Shown piece after piece: positions 1 through 8,881 of a DNA stretch of 32,000 nucleotides; within the stretch, counting starts at the first letter, position 1, and every line of letters begins with the position of its first letter. The position numbers were made by a program, and so were the translations under genes. The DNA is from Wallemia ichthyophaga EXF-994 (taxonomy: Eukaryota > Fungi > Basidiomycota), in assembly GCF_000400465.1 (NCBI RefSeq), contig NW_008806302.1, positions 30,001 to 62,000 of the forward strand, in the 5' to 3' direction. Below the pieces are notes generated by a model, which saw nothing but the letters and a program-made list of their open reading frames with translations, was not told where the DNA came from and did not search any database.

Positions 1-511
1 CTGAAACTAGCGCTTGTATCCTTCTCACTGTTAATGACGGATGTATTATCAGTAAAGGCCCACCACTTTGTTTCTTTCTCAGGGAGACTATCGATGTATG
101 GTTTAACGATATCGTTGTATTTCTGAGGCGTTTCTCTGAAGAGTGAGATACTCGCTTTAGAATACTTGTCCACGTGTTTCTGTGTGGCTGGATATATGAT
201 CGTTACTTTCTGATTGTCTAGTTTATCGTTGCGTCTGTGGCTGTCACTAAGCAGGACGTGGTAAATGTCGTTTTGTTGAATCAGCTTGTGTGAAGTGGAG
301 GTTTGTTGCAGCTGTGCATCCACATTCTCATCATCGAATGTCAGCTTCTCCATTATGATCAACGCTAGCTCTTTCTCGGGAGATATTGCAGTGATCGCGA
401 TCCTTTTGGCCAGCGGATCTAGTCAATGTAAGTTGACACACGCTACGGTAATGCGTACAAACCATTATTAATAACCTTTGTATCTTTCAAATTCTTCAAC
501 AGATTTTCCAT
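1..511 (-). CDS. DCS1: m7GpppX scavenger mRNA decapping enzyme (DcpS/HIT family), 5' part; runs off window start
   Basis: ATG at 511; exon 511-463, 44-nt GT..TAG intron 462-419, then an open frame: MENLLKNLKDTKVINNDPLAKRIAIT...QNDIYHVL...KVTIIYPATQKHVDKYSKASISLFRETPQKYNDIVKPYIDSLP. This matches the DcpS N-terminal motifs NDIY, IYPATxxHxxKY and ETPxxYxxxVxPYI. Confidence 0.85.
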
Positions 512-846
512 TGTTGCCTCTGTTTGCTATCAAGATGACGGTAGTTTGAATGAAGTGATAAGAGATAGCTCATGCCTCGTGATAAGCACGTTTTAAATTG
601 AGATTTTAGCTCGTCTGGATAGCAAATTAAGGCTGTTACCTCTCAGTATTTCCAAGGGCATAGCAGAGTCATCTGTTTGCATGGAAGTACGCGGGCATGG
701 AAAGTAGACGAAATGTTTTAGTATCAAGAAATCTGCAAATGCTTATCTTACAGCTCATTATTGCACATAATATCCTCATTCCGTTGGAGTGCTATCACTC
801 CATCATTTCTATTATCTCTTACGCTCAAAACAAAAATCCCACAAGG

Positions 847-1152
847 ATGTTCCAATCCGTTCAATTACCAGCCAAGGCGAACCTTTTATCTCCAAAATCA
901 GGCAACGGTCACTTCAAACCCCTTCCCGATGAGAAGACTTCCAATATCGAAGCAACCAAGTCAAAAGGTCGTCACTGGAAGGATATCTTGCGTGATATGA
1001 GATCCTTCCTCGTGAGCCTTTGCTTCCACTCCGCATTTTCTGCTCTTCCCTGAATTCTTCCGTCTTCTTCCTAGGCAATCGAGGAAAACTACGGCTCCAC
1101 GTACGCGTACGACGTCAGGCCTAGCTCTATAGCTCCCGGTCGTTGCCACTAG
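847..1152 (+). CDS. small hypothetical protein (~80 aa, 2 exons)
   Basis: ATG 847, exon to 1011, GTGAGC..CTAG intron 1012-1074, in-frame exon 1075-1152 ending TAG (MFQSVQLPAK...RSFL/AIEENYGSTYAYDVRPSSIAPGRCH). No family recognised. Confidence 0.45.
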
Positions 1153-1386
1153 ATAGTAAAGTCTCCGTCTGGTTCCTTAAACGCGTCGGTTCGCATGTCT
1201 TATCCCATCCAGGTCATGTTCAATCTCCCTGCACAAAGTGACACCTAATTATCGACAAAGCTACCGGGGAGAAGAAGGGTACAGCAAGCAAGATATAACT
1301 CAAGCCTGTGTCTGTGATTTTCACTGAGTGAGTCGTACTTGTCAGCTACTTAGCTGTCTAGCTGTCCGGCTAATCACGTTCCTAGT

Positions 1387-1939
1387 ATGACAAGTAATAG
1401 CGGCGTAAATGACCTTATCACTTCCCTTAACACATTCGTGAGGTACTGCGCCACCATCGCCCATCCCTCCACGAGGGTTGTCTACTATTGTATAATAGAA
1501 TTTGGCGCAAAGCTGCTCCGGTCTTGTTTCACGTGGGTGTACCGCCTTTCTGTCTTACCCTCTGTCTAAACATTCTGTTTAGGACAACGAGACTGTCCAC
1601 CAACAGTATCATCCTCAACGTCGATATCAGTGTCGTCAAGATGTTGCAAGACAGCCCAATGATACCCTTTTGTCTGACTTGAGAACTTCGAGGATCCACA
1701 TCCCAACACCGGTTCCGTTGCTCGTCTTTATGACAGACCTCGATGATCTGACATATTATTTGGGCGATAAGAGAGATTCATTTTTAGAGCAAGGTGATAC
1801 TGTTATTGCTACTGCTTGTCATAGAGGTATAGATATTGTGGACAAGTACTACAAATTCACGGACAACACTCTATATTGGGCATATAATTGTGGACAATTC
1901 TTAACTAAACGCTCGAATTCTACCTATTATCCGCACTAG
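1387..1939 (+). CDS. hypothetical protein (~148 aa, 3 exons)
   Basis: Exons 1387-1442, 1499-1532 and 1583-1939 joined by GT-AG introns (56 and 50 nt) give one continuous frame MTSNSGVNDLITSLNTFVRIWRKAAPVLFHDNETVHQQ...YYPH. No family recognised. Confidence 0.55.
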
Positions 1940-1974
1940 CGGAAAAAACGTTTAGTTGAAAAAAAAAAAGAATC

Positions 1975-2047
1975 TGGAGATGCCCGGAATTGAACCGGGG
2001 ACCTCTTCCATGCTAAGAAAGCGCCATAACCACTAGACTACATCCCC
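1975..2047 (-). tRNA. tRNA-Ala(AGC)
   Basis: Reverse complement GGGGATG...CTTAGCATG...GGTTCAATTCC...CATCTCCA forms a 73-nt cloverleaf with anticodon AGC and the G3:U70 Ala identity pair. It is followed by a long T-run terminator (A-run at ~1959-1969 on +). Confidence 0.97.
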
Positions 2048-2139
2048 TATGAGAACGTCTCTCTGTTCAAGCATTTTTACCAAAAACGTGACGTAGGAAA
2101 AGAACAATGGGATTAGTGAGAACATTCGGAGAAGTTTGT

Positions 2140-2815
2140 GGGGGAGACGTTTGGAGGTGCTAATGAAGTTCTTCGTGATATTAAGTTGGTCACCGAACGT
2201 CTTTGCTATGTGTTCGTCCATTACTCTCTTAATATCGGCCGGCTTTTAATCATTATCACTCAGCACTGGCTTGGCTGGGTCGGCTTGATGAAGTGTGAGC
2301 GTGATTGCCATTTTTGACGGTACCGTTGGGGTTTCTGCAGCTGCTTTTTGTGCGTACGTTGGTGCTGCAGGCATAAGTTGTGGCGCTACGTTTTGCTCCT
2401 TTAATTCGTGTATTTGCTGCTCGAGTGCCAGGATCGTCTCCTTGAGAGATTTGGCGTAATTGTCCTGTTGCTCACGTAGACACTCTCTCAATGTGTCTCT
2501 CGCCTCTACTTTGAACTTTTCGAGGACTTGCTCCATCGCCTTAGATATTTTCTCCTTTACCGCAGGTGTACGGGGACGACTTTTATAAGCGTGGGTGCTG
2601 GTTCTACGCCTTTAATTTAAATTATCATTGAGCCTTAGGCTCTGTGTCCTCCTGTCTTGCGACTCGGTGAGGTTTTTACGTGGGTCTTGAGCACTTAAAT
2701 CAAACGATATATCGTTTAAAAAGTGCTTCCCGTAAAGTGCGACGCTTGAGGATTCACTGGGAGGACTTTGATGCCCATCCGGCAAAGCAGCCGATTTTCG
2801 ATGATGACCGTCCAT
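2140..2815 (-). mobile_element. decayed 5' part (ORF1/gag-like) of a non-LTR retrotransposon
   Basis: Track ORFs 2612-2815, 2246-2536 and 2033-2221 are one reading frame broken by two TAA stops (2614-2612, 2248-2246). It contains a coiled-coil followed by PTYAQKAAA, typical of fungal LINE ORF1 N-termini. There are no introns, and similarity seems to end near TSKRLP (~2140). Confidence 0.6.
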
Positions 2816-2949
2816 CCCTCCTTTTGTTTGAGTTGATGATGATGAAATCTAAATATATTGTTAAGACGATACATGTTTAAACTGCGTCGATCAATACTTC
2901 TTAAGGCATGAGGAGTCAAAGGGGATGCCGAATTCACTGGAAGCGTTTC

Positions 2950-3725
2950 TTGACTAGCGTCGTAATTTCTGAATTGTTGGTGGTTCTCAATTACGCTGAA
3001 CCACCGGAGTATCTTTGGTACGTAGTCAATTACGGTTTGAAGAACTCGTAAAGGGCTTGTAGAGAGTGTGAGTTTCTGAGTATTGGACCTAATTCGAAAC
3101 GAATATTGATCTTGGTAATCTTTCTTCTTAATGTGATTCTGGCCATTATATGTTTACGGCATATGAAGATTTTATGCGTGATAGTGTCCTCTGTGCCACA
3201 TGCACTGCATTTAGGTGAATCAATCAGTCGGAAACGGTAACGGTAGTACTTAGTCGTAGGGAATTGCCCTGACCGTAGCTGGGTGGCTAGGCATCTCGTT
3301 GCTCTGGGCAGTTCATTGAGTATCTTGGTCGATTTTGCTGCTGTCAGCCTTCCAGCTGATGTTTTTACGGCGTTGGACTTAATGTGTGATATTTTGGAGG
3401 CTTCTACTTTTATGGGTGCTGTATAGCGCTCGCACATTCTGCGTCGCATTGCAGAGTACGAAGTTTTGAGTGTTAGTTGACTCCACATAGCCCGGTGGGT
3501 CGGCCGTGTCCTACCCTCGTTAACGGTTCTGTCGGCTAGTTAGCTACCGTAAATATCCACATGTCCTGCGATCCAGTTTAGTTGGACAACAAAGTTTCTT
3601 CTCTTTGTTTGCTTAATCCAATCAATTTTGTCAAGGACCTGCTTTATCAAATATTGGCCTGTCTTTGTTGATTGCGATTGCACGATCGCTGAAAGAACCG
3701 CCTGACTGTCGCTATTGATAATAGA
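2950..3725 (-). mobile_element. 3' fragment of Tad1/I-type LINE ORF2 (RNase H C-terminus + CCHC knuckle) plus structured 3' UTR
   Basis: Frame reads INSDSQAVLSAI...GQYLI...QLNWIAGHVDIYGS*LAD (RNase H DSQ and WIxGHxxIxGNExAD motifs, stop at 3542-3540). It continues in frame with ORF 3488-3030: LATQLRSGQ...CSACGTEDTITHKIFIC (C-x2-C-x7-H-x4-C). A hairpin lies at 2950-3029 right after the stop. Confidence 0.9.
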
Positions 3726-3803
3726 TTATCTTTGGTAGGGTTTTTATTGTGTTAGGATGGCTCACTAATGAATAAGAATTGGCTGTGGCAGAGGCTTTCA
3801 CAA

Positions 3804-3906
3804 GCTTTCGTGGCTTAGGGGTTATAGCGCCGTGTTAACATCGGCTCACCTTAATAGGTGAACAGTTGCTCCGCGGAGGTCGCCGGTTCGATTCCGGCCG
3901 AAAGCT
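3804..3906 (+). tRNA. tRNA-Val(AAC) with 30-nt canonical intron (3841-3870)
   Basis: Acceptor stem GCTTTCG/CGAAAGC, D-arm GCTT..TAGC, anticodon stem CCGTG/CGCGG with TTAACA, T-arm GCCGG-TTCGATT-CCGGC. The intron lies one base 3' of the anticodon and contains GTT complementary to AAC. A T-run terminator follows. Confidence 0.93.
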
Positions 3907-4150
3907 TTTTTTTTATGTAATGTGAAAATTACATATGTTCTTTAAAAGAAAATCAATAAAAGATTACCAACGATAACGTGTCCGTTGCCGGTGTTCGAAA
4001 TTAAAATTTGCTGTATCTGATAATGTTATTATACAAAATTCAATCATTTACTAAAAATACATTTGACAAGTGGGATGATTTTGAGCGGATTTCGCGGCAA
4101 CGGTTTTTAGGTGACGACACTACGCCTAAAGCATAATTCTCTAGTAACGA

Positions 4151-4428
4151 TTCACTTCCTACATCTCCCAATCCGCGCCTCATATATTTCCCTCCACTTT
4201 CAAACCGCCTCCCTGCCTGCTTAGCCTCCGACACTTCACATGGTACAAATATAAAAGTCTGACTATCGTTCTATTGTATCTTAACGAATTACCGTTACTT
4301 TCTATCTGTTATATCCGCTGGAATTAGCCATTCCTCAAAGCCTAAGTTAACGCAAAGTCTAAACCTTAAGAAGCGTAAAACAAGCTAAATTTCATTATTA
4401 GCGGAGATTGGGAGAAGTGGGAAGTGAA
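4151..4428. repeat. 23-bp long-range inverted repeat (4151-4173 / 4406-4428)
   Basis: TTCACTTCCTACATCTCCCAATC versus GATTGGGAGAAGTGGGAAGTGAA: 22 of 23 positions pair on the + strand (one G:U, one A-A mismatch). Confidence 0.8.
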
Positions 4429-4611
4429 CGGTGATTAAATGCTGGGGGTTGATGCATAGCTTCATCACATAACATCACGTACGTTACATACGAAAACGGG
4501 TACGAACAAGGTCTACGTCATTAACGTAACAAAAGTAATAGCTCTAGCCTCCCGCTGATGTGAATGGTTGATTGTGGAAAGAAATATCCATCTGGATATA
4601 TTTCCACATCC

Positions 4612-6411
4612 CTACACTGTTTTGTCGGCAAAAATTTCATTTAAGAAACTAACCCAATCGCTGTCTAATTCAGCAGCATTTAGGGGGTTGTTGCAATCAC
4701 GCATACATTCATCCAGCCATCCAGTGACTGACGGTGCCAGTGAGGGCTGTGCACATCTCAACTGAAGCGTATCGATCAACCCTTGGAACAATTCGTACGC
4801 CTTGCGCACCACACCATCCGTCAAACTTTTAGCCCTTAGCACTTGCATGGCTATATCAACATAACTCATGTGCTGTTCGTATGGTTGTTGAGCGCTGCGG
4901 AGAGTGCACACACTCAATATCATTATACCACTAGCGGTGATTGGACTCCAGTTTAGAAGCGCATCCGTGTAATTTACAACGAACCCACTTTCGTAATGCA
5001 GATAATAAAGTGTAGATAAAATGCTCTTTGCGGCATCTACACACAAGTTCAGCCCGCTAGTGCTTTGTGTCTTGAGATACTTCTTATTGATGAATATTTT
5101 CACGACACCATATCCTACTACCTTGAGACATTGTTGCTGCGAGGGCAAGTGTAAGGATTTCTGACAGCACCTCTTACCCCACTCATCCAAACGTCCATTC
5201 AAACTATCTACCATATCTACAGACACAACTTTCGATCTTTGCAGCGATACGACATCGGCTACGAGAGCATACAGGTCAATCATATTGTTGAAGTAGGTTA
5301 TTGAAGTGTCTTGTTTTATGTTAATACTCTCAGGTTTGGCCATGTCGATCCCATCTCGTAGTACTCGTCTACCACAGCTAATTGCGTAAGATTTATCGAG
5401 GATATAAAGCCCCCACAGTGCTCGCTTGCCTTCCTCGCACTGCGCTTTATCGAGCCTGCTGTCCTCAGCGAGGAGCACACCCAAGCCAATCACCGACCAG
5501 CAACTGCGGCAGTACTTTTGTGTGTTCTGCATTGCCAGTGCCTCCAAAACGACAGCCTGTATGGAGTGTACGGTGAGCGATGGCATAAGGAGGGCATTTG
5601 GCGCTTTGTGGGAGTACGTGTGCAGATAGGCGTCGGCGGAAGTGTGAGAGTGGTAGAGAGCGCCTAATGCGCATACCAAGAGCAACACACCTCCAAAATC
5701 TGCTGTTAGCTTACTGCTAGACACTCGCGCGAGGAATGCACTTTTGTCGGGAAACAGAGGCAGTGATGGATGGACATGGCTGAAATAGAGGTCTACTAGA
5801 GCGTAAACCAAGCTACTTTCACCGAAATCCGACTCATTGTAGTGCTGGTTGTAGTGCTTTGTGGAGGTAACGACATGACCATTAGCCTTGATGAGCGACT
5901 GGCGACTGTCTACGAATCCAGTAGCGAGAGCGAAGAGACCTTTATTGGATGCCATGCCAAATTCCCGTAGGTTTTCTTGGCTGTGCGGTGTTTGCTCTCC
6001 GCTGAGCCACATGGAACGTACAATATTTGAATACTCGGAATCAGAGTCTGGTTCTTGAGCGTGTGTAGAGCTATAAACAACGCTGTTCACTCTTCTCTTC
6101 TTGTGTAAGCTCTCGCTCGTGCCCACGCCCAGCTTACCCTCGAGCTCTTTCACCCTCTCCTCCAAACTGCGTACGTAAGCATAGGTGTGCCTCTTCTTGG
6201 GCGCACCATCTACGAATGTGCACGGCGTCTCTCTCTCGCCAGAGTGTCTCTTTTCAGCGCAATTGGAGCAAGTTTCTGGGTAGCGTTCGGCTGCGTCGCA
6301 CTTGATTTTCGATCGGCGGCAATAGTCACACTGCAGGAGTCAAAAGGTATTCTAATTTATACATCCACCCACTGCTCTCTTCAGTCGGCCCCTTTTATCA
6401 GATGATGACAT
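4612..6411 (-). CDS. Zn(II)2Cys6 fungal transcription factor with fungal TF (middle homology) domain
   Basis: ATG 6411, exon 6411-6373, 42-nt intron 6372-6331, then CDYCRRSKIKCDAAERYPETCSNCAEKRHSGERETPC leading into the 517-aa ORF (LVDLYFSHVHPSLPLF; KRALWGLYILDKSYAISCGR). Confidence 0.93.
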
Positions 6412-6490
6412 GATGGGATTCTCGGATTAGGGGTGTGATCCGCGAGGGTATATCAGCAGTGGCGGTGGCACCTCTCAAGAAAACAACGAA

Positions 6491-7702
6491 ATGGTCGGTA
6501 AAACAGCACTCGTATTCGGTGCAACTGGAATAAGCGGTATCGCAGCGATAGAGGCGCTCCTCAACGACAGCTCATACAGCCGCATTATAGCCATTAGCAG
6601 GAGGCCAGTTGAGCGTGAATGCGTTGAGCATATCCCAATCGACCTCATCCACTCCACGCCAGCGGAAATTGCTGATGCTCTTGACGCAGGCGGTGCTGGC
6701 TCCTCCACGCACGTCTTCTTCTACGCTTACATTGACTCGAAGAACACGGATGAGCAGAACGCAGTCAACAATCAACTGTTTGAGAGGGTTTGTGTATGTT
6801 GAGCACCCACGCCACCTCTGACACGCTTCCAGTCCATCGAGGGCGTCAGCATGGCATGTACCCGCCTCTCCCACTTCCACCTCCAGACCGGGTACAAGTA
6901 CTACATGCCGGCCTTTACTGCTGAAAAATTTCCTCCCTTGCCTTTCAGAGAAGATGCAGAAAGACAGAGCCACGTGCGCGACTTCTTCTACTATTACCAG
7001 GAAGATAAGCTAAAGGAGGTGAGTGAGAGATGCGGTTGGAAGTGGTCTGTCTCGAGACCTTGCGCTATCACCGGATTCAGCAAGGGTAATTGGATGTCAG
7101 TTGCTGTGACGATGGCGCTGTATATCTTTGCTTGTAGGGAGTTTGGCGAGCATCTGCATTTTCCTGGACCACTGCTGTGTTATTCGATGGATTATGATAA
7201 TTCCACAGCGTCAAACAATGCAGAATTTCAACTACACTGTGCTGAACATGCCAACAATCAGGCATTCAACATTCACGATGGTCAACCTTACCAATTTAAC
7301 ACCCTTTGGCCAAAGGTAGCGGGATACTTTGGGATGGAGGTTCCATCGCCTCCTGCAGAGGACTTGCAAGTGAAGGAGGGCGAGTTCCTTAAGGTCGCGT
7401 TCAGTGTTCAAAATTGGGCAAATAAACATAGAGAAGACTTCCCAGCACTGGTGCACAAGTACAATCTGGATCCACACACTTTCGAGTATGCTAATTGGTG
7501 GGTTGATCGATGGTGTGTAGAGGTGTCTTACTAAATGTCTTACAGGTCGAGTATCGAAATATTAGCTGGATTACCATTCCCTACAATCGCAAGCCTCGAA
7601 GCAGCCAGATCAATTGGATGGACCAAGTCAATTGACACATACGCAGATGGTTACAAAGAGTGTTTCGATAAAATGAGAGAGTGTAATTTACTGCCAAAGT
7701 GA
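6491..7702 (+). CDS. PRISE (progesterone 5-beta-reductase/iridoid synthase)-like / SirQ-like NAD(P)-dependent SDR
   Basis: Exons 6491-6787, 6833-7497 and 7546-7702 (introns 45 and 48 nt). Motifs GATGISG, THVFFYAY, HLQTGYKYY, FFYYYQED and WSVSRPCAITG correspond to PRISE family motifs, including the catalytic Lys and Tyr positions. Confidence 0.9.
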
Positions 7703-8031
7703 ATGAAGCTTGAATAGATGGTTATAAGAAAGAATTACATATCTGAGCATCTAAAATACTACCAGCAGGCCATTCCCTTTTTTTTTTTTTGAAGCTGCTT
7801 ATCAAAAGCTCCGAGACAACCTAATTTGGAAGCGGAGATGGGAGCATCTTCTAGCGTTTGGATGATCCAGCTTTTGCATCCGAGCTAAACATCGACCCGT
7901 CATTACACGGAAATTAAAGAGCGTGTGAAGAAATCAACTACGTAAAAGATATATCTTGTTGGGCGACTTCCACAAGTAGATAATATTTAAGACTTTCTCA
8001 ACTCACACTTACCATTCACTACGGACAAAGA

Positions 8032-8763
8032 ATGCACCAACTTCCAAAGATCTGTATTCCACCGAACACAAGTTTCAAAGAGGCATACATTGACGGCAAC
8101 GTCCTCTTTCTCAGCAAACAGCAACACATTGATCTGAGCATGATCAATCACCACCACATAATCACGCGCTGCGTCGATGAGCTATTTGTACTCCTCTATC
8201 TCCACAACGAGAGACGCTTGAAATTAATACAAAGCTTCACGAAGAAATCTCTCAACTGCCGCTGTATCTTGCACATCAAGACTGTCTCAGAAGACGACGC
8301 CAAGTGGCTCTTGAAGAAGATGATGAAGTGGTTTCATTTGAGTAACGTTGACTACAAAAGGGTTTGTGCGTATGGGATGGCTGGGGAGTACAACAACGTC
8401 TTGCTTTCTGATCAAGTCGATCAAACCTCGAAATTTTCTCTGGAATCTAAATCAATGTCTCAGGTCACCTGCAATGCTTCAATGTCCACGCTGTCTTTAC
8501 AAAGCCGGTCATCCATTTCAACAATCGCCTCAGTTGGCTCCATTTCCACCCACTCACCTACTAATATCCCCTACAAACGCAGCAAGAGCGACAGCACTTC
8601 ACAGCCCAGACACCCTAATCTTGTCTGCTTTAGTGGCCAGAAGTCTCTTCACCAAGAGCGCTCTATCGCGTCTCTCTCAGATAACGTCAAACCGCCTTTT
8701 TTGAGGTCTATTAGCTCACCCAACCAGCAAGAGTTGGATAGGTGCAGATCAGTTGCATTGTAG
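8032..8763 (+). CDS. hypothetical protein (243 aa; globular N-half, Ser-rich C-half)
   Basis: Single ATG-to-TAG ORF with protein-like composition between two genes. No family recognised. Confidence 0.65.
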   Translation: MHQLPKICIPPNTSFKEAYIDGNVLFLSKQQHIDLSMINHHHIITRCVDELFVLLYLHNERRLKLIQSFTKKSLNCRCILHIKTVSEDDAKWLLKKMMKWFHLSNVDYKRVCAYGMAGEYNNVLLSDQVDQTSKFSLESKSMSQVTCNASMSTLSLQSRSSISTIASVGSISTHSPTNIPYKRSKSDSTSQPRHPNLVCFSGQKSLHQERSIASLSDNVKPPFLRSISSPNQQELDRCRSVAL

Positions 8764-8881
8764 GCAGTGAATGTTCATCTATATCCATTATACCACAATT
8801 ACTAGCAGCCATAGCTTTCCTCTCTACAACTTGATTGATTTCATGTGATTATCTTTCTTCGATGCCGTCATCGACTTGTAA

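Noticed and set aside
4320-4380. Telomerase-template-like CCTAA/CTAAACC motifs inside the inverted repeat
   Set aside because: No 1.5-repeat template such as CTAACCCTAA and no other TER hallmark is visible.
7777-7790. T14 run as a retroelement poly(A) tail or Pol III terminator
   Set aside because: No adjacent element body or A/B boxes; lies in the 3' flank of the reductase gene.
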